From: the human T2T-CHM13v2.0 reference genome, Homo sapiens | Strand: one strand, 5' to 3' | NCBI RefSeq assembly: GCF_009914755.1 | Contig: NC_060939.1 | DNA length: 64,000 nt | Shown here: positions 28,142 through 42,327 of the stretch, in pieces | How the letters are laid out: each line of letters begins with the position of its first letter | How positions within the stretch are numbered: the stretch's first letter is position 1 | Made by a program: the position numbers and the translations under genes | The notes under the pieces: generated by a model | The model's input: the letters and a program-made list of their open reading frames with translations, nothing else | The model's database searches: none | What the model was told of the DNA's origin: nothing

Positions 28142-31100
28142 TCACTGCTTTTTAGCTTAGTCCATGCTGAAACATTCTGTGACCAAGGGTCATTCTGTGA
28201 AAATTTGTATAACAACTCTTTGGTTTTAATATAATAATAACAATTATAATTATAATTATTTATTATTATCGGTATTGTTGGAACTAAGTTTGAGATCTAT
28301 CCATAATAGCAAATGCTTTAGTATTTATTGGAGTCAGTCAGCTTCTAAACGTATCTCAATTGGTTATGAGCCAATTTGCCACCTAATTTTGGACAAGTTA
28401 TTCACCTCTCTATTACAGAGTTGTCTCATCAGTAAAACAATTATACTACTCATAATTCTGACAAGTAAGAACAACTAATCCAAACAATAGGCTACATGTT
28501 GCATCTATGTGAAGGGACTACAAGAAGCAAAACTGTACAAAATAGCAACTTAAAAAGCATAGGAGGTTACATAAATATTAAATATTAAGCATTACTGGAA
28601 TAATGTACAATTGTACTTCTCTCCTAAAAGGGTTAAAGTATGCCCTTAATACCAAGAAGAAACTTGGAAAATGGGAACATAACTACATAATATTCATCTG
28701 AAGAAATATCTATTATTCAATGTGTACATATTTCTAAATTCGGTTTCAAAAAAATTACACTCTTCAAAATAACCCCAGATAAACAGATATGTATGCAATC
28801 TAATGTGAAGGAGATTTTCAAAATGACATTTCATGAAAAGACAGAACACAGGATTAAAGCGCATGTGGAAGGATCCATTTTGCAGAGGTCAGATGTGTTG
28901 TGAGAAACAGTAAAATCAGGTAATAAAAGTAAGGACGGGGTAACACAGAGGTTGGCTTAACAAAAATAACAGAAGCTGATTCGAAGCTGGTCCTAATACT
29001 GTACCTAATTCATTCAAGTGTGCCTGGGCCCAAGCCCAGCCCAGAACAGAGTGCTCCGATGTTTAATGTGTGGTACAGCAAGTAGGGCAGAAGTTGGGAA
29101 CAGAACACCAACCTTACGTCTTTGTGTTTATTAAGCTGTATCGCATGACGTTCACCTCCCTAAACGGTGTGCTTGGTGTGTCATGGGATACTGTGATGTG
29201 TAAAAGAAGGTAGCAGAGGTAGATTCAATCACTCCCACCAACAAAGACTTCTTTCTTAAGCCCTTTGAAAGGGTCTTTGGACACAGTTTCCTTGTGTAAC
29301 AATCACTAAATCCTATTCTCTCGGAATGGTGATACGCCTTTGCTCCCAGCTACCCTTTGAGTCACTTCTCCTCTTTCACTGTGTGGTAGGTGACCTATTT
29401 TACAGGACTTTCACCAAATGTTGCCCCAGTTACCTCCAAATTTAATTCTAACAAGAGCAAGGCCATCTTGTGGGAATCAAAGTACTTATCAGGAAGCCTT
29501 GTGCAGGGGTATGCCTGCTTACGAAAGACTGGTAGCTATGTCTGTTTTCACGTCCTCTAAATTAATCCTGTGCTTTAAAAAACTCTTTCATTGAAAATAA
29601 AGGCTGTAAAAATAAAATAAAACTGCTGTAACAGGCAAGCCTTGATTTCTGAACAGAGCTTGACAGCCTCTACAAGGTAGGACCACTAGCTTGGAACTTA
29701 GTGAAGGCACAGCACAAAAATGCATTAACGTCAGCTCTGACTTCCTGTCACAAGAACTGAAATCACTTTGTGGCCCATATGTGCTGTTTCTGTGGGGTGG
29801 CTGAAAGGTGAGGTCATCTACTACCTGTAATTTCTTCATAAAAGCAAATAGTTTTTACCTATTAAAACAAACTAACATCGTTTTTGAGTGGAGAGTTGAG
29901 AACATTTGTTGATCAAATCAATATTTGCTTTTATTGATGAGTCACTGTTACAGTTGCTTAGAATTCCAAATCAAAGTTTAAAAACAAAATACCAAATATT
30001 CTGCTGTTGATTTGGGAATTAATAAAAATTAACATGAAGACTTTTAGTTCGTTTATATAATAATGACAAAACCCCAAATATATCTCCATCACAACTATTT
30101 TATTTTCTTCCCTTGTGTAGAAACTGAACAGGTTTAAGAAACTAACAAGCTCTCCTTGGCCTCTGTCTTGCCTGTGATTGGCATTTGAGGAGCCAGGTGA
30201 GCACTCATGGTGAGACAAATCTATCATTTCTCCCGGATAAAGCAACCCAAGTGTAGCTCTATGGATACGTCAGTAGTCCATAAGATTTATGTTCCCTCAA
30301 AATATCATCTTAAAGCAAGGGAATTTGTTGTTGATACACCAATAAACTTTCTTCTTATTTCAATTGAATCCGTCACCCTGGGTGTATTGATTTCAGTTTT
30401 CTTGCCTCAGCATGTTTTTTCTTTCCTTTTTGAAGTAATCCCCCTTGAAATTTGTAGTAAAAATGGAATCCATCTCGCTCCTTCCTTGGATCCACTGGTC
30501 TTGGAACTGAATTCTGCTTGCATGCAGACGTCCCAGGGCGTCAGAATTTGAACTTCTGTTTCTGGGCTGGGAACTGGATCAGTCGTATCCTAAACTAATA
30601 AATGATTTGGGGTTTGAGGAATCTTTTCTTTTTCTCTTTAAACTAATCTCAGAACAATACTGAATCGTAAGGTCGTTGTCAACAGCTTGCTCAATTTGTC
30701 CTTTTAAAGAACCTTTCCTTCCTGGCTTGGCCAGCTGCAGCCTCTTGACTCGAATGTGCTGTCTTGGATCTGCTCTGGAATTCAGTCTGGCCTCACATCT
30801 CAGCTGACTTTATAATTCAAATGTAATTGCTGATGCACATTCAAAAATCTTCAGGAAACTATAAATGCTTATTTTAGCTTATAAAAGTGGTGATATTTAT
30901 ATTTGAAGAATGTTAACATGACTACTAGAAAAATGCAAATTTATCATCCTCTACCATCTAGGACTCTGTTAGCAGGTCTCATCTGGGGATAAAGGTTTGA
31001 AGAGAGTTTTGTCTATTTATCTTGGATCTTAAAAAGCACAAAGTGCCAAAACAGGGTGTGCAACATAGTCGGTAAAAATAGGAGTCCGAAGTATGTTTTA

Positions 31101-32480
31101 ATCCAAGACTTAGCGTTGACTAATAAAACAACCATCCTCGTTATTTTCTCCCTCATCCTTAAATAGCTATAAGATCTGACAGTATGTCCCAACCATCATT
31201 GGCCTCTAGTGAGAATGAGCTACTATGGGCCACAGCCCACCATCCCTGGGAGTTCACATCACAGATTCTGGAATCATCTTTACAGCTCAGGGATTAGCAT
31301 CTTGAGTTTGGACTCTGGTTCATGGATGTTGCCTCCTGCCTCTCACCACCCCATATCTTCCTCTTGCCTGCTGCCTGATGTTTGTCTTCATGCACACCTT
31401 GTGGTAACCCTTGGGTTGCAGGATTAAGACCAAGTGCCTAAGCATAGACCTCAAGGCTCCTGACTACTCTACCCCTTCCTTGAAGGCACTCTGTGTCTTG
31501 GCCACTCAGAGCTACCTAACTTGCCTTGTGTCGATTTTCTCCTCTCACAACTGTAAGTCTTTCCACTGTTACACTTCCAGCTGCTTTAAATTCCCTTCCC
31601 CTTTTCTCAACCTGATACAGGATCCATATCCCTTAGTTTCTATAACTAGCTTTAGTTTCTATCACTAACTTAGTTCTATAACTAGCTTTTCACTGCAATA
31701 AGCCCTTTCAGTCTATGCGACAGAGAGAGGAGCTGTCCTCTCATTGCTCCCTGGGTCCCTTTACGTAGCTTTCACCACGCTGTGGTTATTGATTTACTCC
31801 TCTGTGTTTCCACATCCACCTCCAGGAGGCTGTGATCTTCCTAACCAGAATCCTGTTAGTTTTTGTCTCCCATCCCCTATTGCTCAATAAATGTGGGAGG
31901 AAGGAGGACAGAGAGAGGAAGTGGAGAGCCCTGGAGGTCTCACAACTTCTATTTGGAATTAACAGATCCACACAGGGCATCTTGACTCTTCTCATCCCCA
32001 TGCCCTACACACCATACCTGGCCCCACCCCCACGTCTTCCTGGCTTCTGCATTTTACACACCACTCTGTTGAAGCCATATAGCTGCAGATCTACCTTAGG
32101 TCCTGTGTTTTCCCCTCCATGGCCAGGCCCTAGCTCATCGGTCCTCCAGGCCCAGCCCAACATGTATGTGCCACTCCATCATTCCCCAGTCTTGGGTCCT
32201 CTCTTCCTGGGCTATGGCCACAAGAACTTCTGGCAATTACTCAAGAAGTCTCTGCACGCACTTCCCACCTCATGACCTCGTATGCACATGGTGGCCACTA
32301 TGTTCTTCCTCCATGCCTCCCTTAGCTAGATCCTCCTCAGCCACGGGATCTCAGTGTATAAATCACTTCCCCAGAGAATTTTTTTTTTTTTACTTCTCTG
32401 TCTGAAGCATTGACCTCCTTCTATCTCTCCTTGTTAATTCTATAGCAGCCCTTTTGTGGACTTCTTGGCAGACCACAATT

Positions 32481-32817
32481 TTATATCAATACTCTGGAGG
32501 GTTTTTTTTGTTTGTTTTTTTTTTGTTTGTTTGTTTGTTTGTTTTTCAGAGTCTCACTCTGTTGCCCAGGCTGGAGTGCAGTGGTGTGATCTCAGCTCAC
32601 TGCAGCCTTCCACCTCCCAGGCTCAAGTGAATCTCTCGCCTGAGCCTCCCACGTAGCTGGGACTACAGGTGCATGCCACCACATCTGGCTAATTTTTAAA
32701 ATCTTTCTGTCTCACTGTGTCACCCAGTCTGGTCTCTGCAGTCTCTGCAATTGCCTCAAGCAATCCTCCTGCCTTCCAAAGTGCTGGGATTACAGGCATG
32801 AGCCACTGCGCCTGGCT
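32481..32817 (-). mobile_element. AluJ with (TTTG)n tail and damaged left arm
   Basis: CAGCTCACTGCAGCCTTCCACCTCCCAGGCTCAAG...GAGCCACTGCGCCTGGC. Confidence 0.92.
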
Positions 32818-34317
32818 GTGAGATGCCACTTTTTAAATTGCCATGATCGAGCTATCTGAAGCAACAGTCCTTGTTTGTTCCCTGTTTGAAACTTTTCCAA
32901 TTGGTTTTACTTTTTATTCTTTTGGTGAAGCATTACTATTTTAATTATCAAAAATCATAATGTGGTTATAGAATCATATCCGAAATGGGCAGGGAATACC
33001 AAAGAAAGTGAATTTGTATGTGACAAGATTTCTTATGGACCGCTGAGGAAGGGCATCACGTCTGTCTGCAGGGTTTTACTGTATGGATCCTGTGTAAATA
33101 GATCTGGTTGTACTTCATTTGCAGCTGTTGGTGCTTAACAAAACTAAGATGCTCTTGAGAGCACCAGATGGTCCAATCATGGAAGTTTAAAGAGTGGGTC
33201 TCCTTTGGGGGTTTTAGTGCCCATTAGAAGTTTACCTAACCCCCTTTCGTATGTGGAATTTTTATCACTATAACACAATCTAAGTAGGATCTCCATTGCT
33301 TCTTATGGGTGGACTTCAGAAGAGGGAAATATGTCTTGATTTTACTTCTTAGTTAACTGTTATGCTTGAAGGTGGCATTTTTGCTCTTTGAAAACCTAGG
33401 CTTACGATTTTCCCGTTTTAAAAAATGAATATTGCTTAAGGCATTTTAGATCTCATGATTTTAGGATGAATTCATGAGACAATAATTTAGATTGTATATT
33501 AGAAAAATATTTGATCTGGGAAATAGCACCTCAAGGGAAGAGGGAGATGTCCCACTGCCTGAGTCAGACTAGTTTGGATAAAACTCGGTGGGGGTGTGGG
33601 GATGGGGCAGGGAGACCAAGCCAAAGGAAACTGGCTCGGTCTAACAGAACATGGTTTTTCCATCTCTAATTTCTGAGTTTGTGACTCTTGTGGGAATTTT
33701 TCAACCCATAAAAAGTGCCCTTTTTCTGTCCCTGGTAATGGCCTAATGAAATAAACACTCATAAATATATGAAGTTCCCAGAGATAAGATCTGAACATCA
33801 GCCGCCTTTTACCTGGCAGTGGATGTTTTATCACCAGTGAATTGGTCATGTGATCTCTTTCAGCTTTTTTTCTCCCCTCAAACTGAAGGTCAGAATTCTT
33901 GTGATTGGGTTCTTTTAAACGTTCTGAAGCCTAAGTGCCTAGTGATTAAATAAATTTACATCTTATACACTTTCTAACACTCAGTAAAGAGATCATTGGA
34001 TTTTATCAGCTGCTTGTGATGTTCAGCTGAATCTCAGCAACCCTGGCCTAGGACAGAGAGACCGTTTAGAGACAAGGATAGAGGATCATAAACAGGAAGC
34101 AGAGGTAGACAGAGCTCCCTGGCTGTCAATGTTGAATTAAAACAACAACAAAAACATCCAATGGCAACCGTGACATTGCCAAGATTTGCTTCTGTGCGAA
34201 TGGAGCTTTCTTGGTTTCAGAGTTTCCAAGATGACTTTGTGGTCTTTCGCCAATAGGGTAAGGTAGTACTAACCTGCCCTCTTCTTTCCCAGGTAATTCT
34301 CTATAAGGAAAGAGGCT

Positions 34318-34620
34318 GAACATTATCCTAAGCCCAAGAACACAGAAACAGAAAAAAACAATATCACATGTTGTCACTTTTATAAGTAGTAGCTAAACTT
34401 TGGGTATGCAAGGACACAAAGATGGGGACAATAAACAATAGGATTTTCCAAAGCAGGGAGGGAACAGGTAGAGGGTTAAAAAACTGTCTATCAGGTACTA
34501 TGCTCACTACTTGGCCAATGGGATTATTAGAAGCCCAATCCTAAGGATCACACAGTATACTCATATAACAAACCTGCACATGTACCCCCTGAATATACTT
34601 TTTTACAAAAGAAAAAGAAA
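34318..34620 (+). mobile_element. L1 3' end (old L1PA/L1PB type)
   Basis: CACATGTTGTCACTTTTATAAG...GGTACTATGCTCACTAC...AACAAACCTGCACATGTACCCCCTGAAT followed by an A-rich tail. Confidence 0.85.
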
Positions 34621-36502
34621 CAGGCCGGAAATAGATTAGATTTGGTTGTATGCTTTTATTTCTTAGCGTCTCATGATCAGTCACAATTTTACTCAGTGTA
34701 TTTTGCTCTGAAAAAACATAAAAATGCAGTGGTGGTCTGTTCCTGATTCTAAGGAGCCGTGAGTTCAACTAGAGAGCAATAAGGAAGGCAACCTCAAACC
34801 TCCCCTGCTATGTTGAGGGCAATGCACTCCTGAAATAGAGTGAATTAGAACTTCCCTTGCCCACTTCCTGTTCCCTAGAGCTAGCTCCCTCTTCCTAGGG
34901 AGCTGTTTGAATCCTGAAGAATATGTGTGCTTCCCATGGCTCTTATCCTTGCTGCCTTTGAGCTAAGATGAAGCCTTCTCTCTGCTTAACAACAGCACAG
35001 AGAAAAGTCAAATAAAGTGGATGCCTGAGGATGTGTGGAGAACCAGGACAGATTTGCTGTAATTTCATACTTCCTGGTTCTATTTGTGATTCTAGACAGT
35101 ATTCATGCTTCCACATAAGCCCATGCCTTGGGATATGCATACACCTTCAATAAATCAAACACTTAAAAATGTATGTGTTTGTTCGTTTGGGCATTCAGTA
35201 AGTTATCCTAAATGCACTGAGTCCCCGCCACAGCCCAAGAGGGCAGAGTGGCAAGAGCTCAGTATGAGATCCCCATGCCTGGCTCTACTCCTTGAGACCT
35301 CAGATGCATACCCATCAGTTATGGGACTTTGCATGAACCATTTAACCCCTCCAGGTCGCTTTGTTTTTGGATGGAGACTGGAAGTCACATTACTTGCTTT
35401 GGGTATTTCATGGAGCAGTTGTGGATCTCTGTTACTATGGAATAATGTGTATCCAAGGGTTTGGCATTATCAAATGGCCAGACATATATGTTATCATTAT
35501 GGAAAGATTACTACTGAAAAATAAATTTATAAATGGAGTAGTCAACATGTAAGGCATGGTTCTACCTCTTCCAGGCTCAGTCATTATAAAGAAGAAAAAA
35601 TTCCATGTCATAGTGGTCAGAAAGGCTTTGTAAAGAGACACAGGATTGAAGAAGGGAAAGGTGTAACCATCAGAAAGGAAAAATATGGGCACTGCCGATG
35701 AGGCCCTATCAGTAGGGTCCAAAGGACTACAGCTTGAGCATATCTCCATGACATCATTCATTGCACTGGATTTGCATTTTCCATCTTTGTGTCCACTTCT
35801 CAGCTTTGTACTGATTGATTTTCATTTTTTATTGACTTTCATTGCTCTAGTGCCTGGTACATTTCTTGCCAGTACAGGTCATATGCAGGATATGTTGGAC
35901 ATATAGTTTTGTTCAACATAAGAATACATAAACAAAGCAATGTACCTTAGAACTGTTCCATCTCCAAAATCTCTCAGAGCTTCTGCTGTCTAACAACAAT
36001 CTCCTTTCTCTTTACCACTCACAGGTGCAGGACAAATTGTTTCTCACTGTGACCTCTCTTCCACCATTTCTAGTTTTCCGGACTATGCAAATTTACCTCT
36101 TCCCTCACCCCACAGTCAGACATTGCATCCTTATCCTCCCTACCACCCAACTTTCCCACATCCTCGTCATTTGATCACATCTCTCATATCCATTCTCAGC
36201 TGGAATCTACCAGTCACCAAATTTCTGCATCCCATCTGTTAAGATGCCTACTCATGCTGAATGGGATATGGACATCACTAGTATTTCCAACAGTATCACA
36301 TCCAGTTAGTTCTTGTTATAGTCCCACAGTAAAGAGTCTAAAATATATCCCCATACCTCAACACTTTCCCATGGTCTTGGAAGGAGACCTCACTGCTGAG
36401 TTATTGAGAAGATAGTGGCCACCTAGTCTACACAACATGCTGTTCATTCCTTCAACGCATGTCTGCAGGTCTTCATTAGTTGCTTCTATCTCCATGTAGT
36501 GA

Positions 36503-36936
<434 letters not shown>

Positions 36937-39043
36937 CATGTAGTGATTTCTAACTGAAGGCCCTACCTCTCATCCTCAAGACCTCCCTTTCTGATTTCTT
37001 AATTTCTTCCCTTGCTGTCCCCTCAGAAGATCCATCAGGGGTATCCTGCCATCTCTGACATTCCAAGTTTCCCTCTTCATTGGCTCTTTTCTCCCAATTA
37101 ATTGTACCACTAGATGATTCTCCAAGAAATCTGGACTCTGTAGTCAAATAATCTTAGGAACTATGATATACCATGTCACCATTTTGGATATTTGTAAGAC
37201 AAATATAGCCAATTAAAGATAGTAAAGAACCTCATTCACTTTAGTTTTATTAGGGTCTCCTAAATGGTTTATAACTTTATCCTTTTTTTCCCTTTGAGTA
37301 ACACCCATTAACACTCTACAAAACTCTTGAGATGCGGAACTCATTTGGACCACTGCTTTGACACATAAAATGTCCCCATCTCTACTATTAAAACAATAAT
37401 CAAACAACTAAGACTTTCATGGTGTTGACAATCCTCAAGATTGTTTTCTCATTTCTTCTTCTTACCACTATTTTTATTGAGAAGTTTTTATCTCTAATTC
37501 TCCTTCATACAGTTCTCATTACTTTAGCTACCAATTAAATGTAGAGGCTCAATCTATAGCTCCCAGCTCTCTCCTAAATTAAATTGCTATATTTATTTCT
37601 GACTGTGTTCTTGATGTCTCCACCAGTTGGCTTCTTGTAGCATGAGCAGAACATGTTTGTACTAACTTATTATAGCTACCAACTACCACACCAGACCAGC
37701 CCTCAGTTGGTGGTACCAAATTCTTCTTTGTTCTTTGTCCCATCATTAATCTTTTGAACTGAATATGAAAAAGTAGGATGCATTTTTTTAAGTCAAATAT
37801 ACCTACAGAATTGAGTCATGCTCCATTATTTGCTAATTATTGAGCCTCACGGTCCTTATCTGTAAAGTAATGGCAAGAATACTTATTTGTAGAATAAATA
37901 ATAGTGGTTGCTTCATGCATATAGTGTCTTTTCCCTTTGAAATATCTCACAGTTCCATTTCTTCTTTCTGTTTCTCTTCTACTCCCACAGTTTAGACTCT
38001 GATAACTTAATAGTCTCAATATTTGCTTTTAGGACTTTCATATCTCACCCCTGTCCAGAACAATGATGCAGTTACACTATAAAATATATTGTGTGTATAT
38101 ATGTAATTATAAACCATTATATTGCTATACTGTCACAATAATATCCTAAGAGAAAGACATGTATATGATAAATAGTCTTTCCATCATACAGTGTGAAAAT
38201 TATGCTTTATTTCACTTGGCATCTGAAGTCATGATTTTACTTTAAGTACAACTAAATATTTGGAACAACATGGACCTTTATAATAGAGTTTGCTAAGTAC
38301 ATTTTCCGCTGTCTCCTGAGAACTGAAAAAGCTGAGAAATGTAGTTTCGGACCAGAGTACATCATCCTGTCAATGCTACTGATTGTTTTACCAACTGGAC
38401 TCATAGATACATGGCCAACACCCAAGGAAGGGAGGAAGAAAATGACAGTGGCTGAGAGATATAAAATATCCCCTTCGAACTTCATAATTTGGAATTTTTA
38501 AAAATATTTATAATTTACAAGAATAAACAATGAAGTAATGGTCCGTAGGGTTCTCTGTGGCCACTTTGGACTTTTAAACAGTGATGGGTCACTCTTAAGT
38601 ATCTAAAGTTCAAATTCAGTTTGGATCACAACCATGGCATTCAAATAGATAGATGAAGTTTTTCAAACCTCTGGAGATTGGAAATGTGAGCTGGAAATCT
38701 CATGCCCCTTCACTGTATTTTTGATTCTTCTGGTTTTGGCAGAAGTGGGAAATGAAGTTTAAGTTGAGCATTTTAGATTACTAAAAGTTAAACTGATAGT
38801 TGTCCAAATATGGACTTACAGATATCCATAAAGCACGCCCCTTTCCAAAGTTCACAGTTTTAGAAAATAGATAGTCTTCATTATCTGTGTTTAGTTTTTA
38901 ATTAATTGTTTGTTTTGGATAGTTAATAGTAGAAGAAATTATACAGTTGACCAAGTACTTTCTCCACAAATTTGTTTAGCTCCCAATTATAGAAGTGGTT
39001 TGAAACACAACTCGACTACCTTATTTTTTCTTGCTGAATTTAG

Positions 39044-39047
<4 letters not shown>

Positions 39048-39080
<33 letters not shown>
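39048..39080 (+). repeat. (CT)n microsatellite
   Basis: Perfect CT run. Confidence 0.97.
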
Positions 39081-39082
<2 letters not shown>

Positions 39083-39609
39083 ATTCCTTAGTTACTTAAA
39101 GTGCTTAGTTCCATTGGAAGGGATAACACATCTCATTTGGTTTAGGCACATTAAGACTGGGTCTACACACTCCAGAGGTGAAATGCAGCAAGACTGAAAA
39201 ATATCGTTCACCTGATTTCTGGAAAATGCAGGTGATGGAATGTCAGGGCAATAGTTGGGATGGCACCTTCAAGTCCATGCTATTTACTTTGGTGGCAGAG
39301 ATAAACTGTAGATAGTCAAATCAACTAATTTTTTTTGTTTGATCTGAATAAGCTGAAATTGCTAAAATGTACAATGTAACACTTTCTATCATGTAACTCA
39401 CAGAAAGTAAATTTAATTGGATCTCAAGGAGAGAAGGACACATCAGCTCTAAAAGGTATATTAAGATACTCTCATCCAGGCTCCCTCTTGTAATAAGTTT
39501 GAAAACATGTGCCCTACCCTGGAGCTTTTTGTTCTTTCCATGACACCATGGTTTTATTCAAAGCAAAAGTAGCTCAGGGAGGAGCAAGAACATACTATGA
39601 CTGCAGTCA

Positions 39610-40009
<400 letters not shown>

Positions 40010-41091
40010 TTAATAGGTGAGCAGTAGTAGTAAATCCTTATTGAATTTAATACATATCTTTGAGAATCATTGTTCAGGCTTGATATCCAAAGGAGAAATG
40101 AAAATGCCAACCAAGGTGAACTTACATGGTTTAATTCCTTTTGTGTCCCTACACCACCTTCCAGTCCCATCCCATAAGCTAAACACCTATACACAACAAC
40201 CCAGGGCAGCTTAGAAATCTTCACTGAGACAAGGGAGGGATTTATTCTCCCAACATTTAGAACATGACACAGAGGACCTGGGTTCAAATCCTGAACCAAC
40301 CATTTACTAGCAGCCACATTATGGAATGTTGCTAAATTATGGAATACCTGATGTATGCCCTCCTTCAACAAACCTTGCAGGGGCTCCAGAGAAACATGTA
40401 CTGTTCAAGGCACTGGAGATGAAGCAGACAGCAAAACATTTCCCAGATGCCAAGCTGATTGCAGAGTATATCAGTATAGTCGAGATGCCTCTAAATCCTC
40501 CCATTCTCTTACTTCAAACCTACTGTCTTGAGATCTCTCTAGTGAAACCTAGGGGTCTATGTGGAGCAGGCATGAACCATAGATACAAATATGGTAAGAA
40601 GACAGTTTCTCTCCTCTAGGCATTCCCAGTATGGGAGAGCCATATGCATATAATTCATTGCAGGAGTGTGTTAAGACCTTTCATAGAGACACAAACCAAG
40701 CATTCTGTAGTTATATTCAGAAAATATTTGAAATTTGCCTAGAGAAGTTAAAGAATAAGTAACTCACTTGTTTTATGTAAGGATAAATTGAGACACAGGA
40801 TGTGAAAACATTTATTAATTGCATCATTGATATAAACATGTAAATATATTTTTGCTTAGTAATATATTTGAATATATATTAACAGATATATATGATTTTC
40901 TAATATCACATATATCTTATACACAGCCAAGTATGTTTCAAGTTCCTATTATCTGAAAGGATTAAAAAATAAGCTCCAAGTTGCTCAACAAATCAAATAA
41001 ATTTTATATTCTGAAACTAATAGGCCACTGCATTAAAACATTTTGATAAGTATAATTACATTTTCTCTGATCTTTTAGTATTCTCTTACTT

Positions 41092-41092
<1 letters not shown>

Positions 41093-41133
<41 letters not shown>

Positions 41134-41146
41134 TGTGTGTGTGTGT
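41093..41146 (+). repeat. (TG)n microsatellite
   Basis: TG run with one interruption. Confidence 0.97.
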
Positions 41147-42270
41147 TTCTGGCTTCCTTCTTTATTAAAAATCCTCATTCCTATTGTTTGTTTGCCTAAT
41201 GTATGTAAACAAAAACTCTCTGGTTAAGCCCAATTAATACAATGTAGATTAGCATTCATTACTTACAAATTAAAATTATTTTTATTTAATTTATTACTAA
41301 TAGGCCAGAAAAGCACCATTTATTCTTTTTAAACTCTTAAGTTCGCATTTCACTTGATTTTTCGTGCTAGTCTATAATGAGTAATACTTGTACTACAGAA
41401 CAGAAGGATTCTGGAGAAAGATCCTCCAACTATTCTCCATCCCCCACAGATGCTGTGGACATTTGAGTAGACTTTTGTACACCCCAGCGGAGTTTTTGAC
41501 TCACTCCCCACTCACAGCACCATCTGAAAAACAGCAACAAAATCATAAGCACAGAGAGGTTTGGACTTCTAATGCTACCGCTGAGTATTATCCTTACCCT
41601 TGGAATGTTCATTTTGACATTTTTATCCCTAAGTCATTCACTACTAATGTAAACATGAGAGCTTGTTAAAACAGTTCCCTGAGCTGCCCTGCTGGAAGCT
41701 TCTTTCAGGCTGGAGAAGTCATCTCACTGCATCTCTTTCTAAGCCCTGTTTTGGTCTCTGAGACTCACTACAGCCTGACCTCTTACTGCAAGCAGTACAT
41801 TTCGATATGAAGTCTCATCAAATGCTTTTCTTTGATGGGGTACAGAATCCAGCATGTTTCCTGGCTGAGAACACTATAATATCTGCAGGGAACTTTCACA
41901 AGTTCGTTAGGCAAGACCTTCCCCATAAATCTAGCAGTTGGCTTTTCAAGGTGCTCTTTAGCTAGAGCCCACTGCAAACATGTCGAGTACTTCTTTTCAC
42001 ACCTGATTTCTTTTCAGAGTCCATGAACTCAGCAACTGGTGAAGCCACACTTGAAAAAAATTTAATGTCACTATTCAGTTGGTTGTCAGTTACAAGGCCT
42101 GAAATTCTTCTGGGGGCATCTCAAGATGCCTCACTCTGATTCATTGTCAAGAGGCATTATGGGTAGCTGAAAGACTGAGCTTTGGAGAAAAGGCTGTCTT
42201 GAGGCTCAATTCTGACTTTGCCACTGGAGACTTTGGGGGAGTTATTTAACCCCAGAAGCTCAGTTGTTCT

Positions 42271-42273
<3 letters not shown>

Positions 42274-42320
<47 letters not shown>
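42274..42320 (+). repeat. (CA)n microsatellite inside a MIR-like relic
   Basis: Perfect CA run; flanks GTTATTTAAC...CTCAGTT and TTGTGAGGACTAAAT are MIR-like. Confidence 0.95.

Positions 42321-42327
<7 letters not shown>

Noticed and set aside
31832-32275. 147 aa ORF
   Set aside because: Non-ATG start, lies in old repeat-like sequence, no recognisable domain or exon structure
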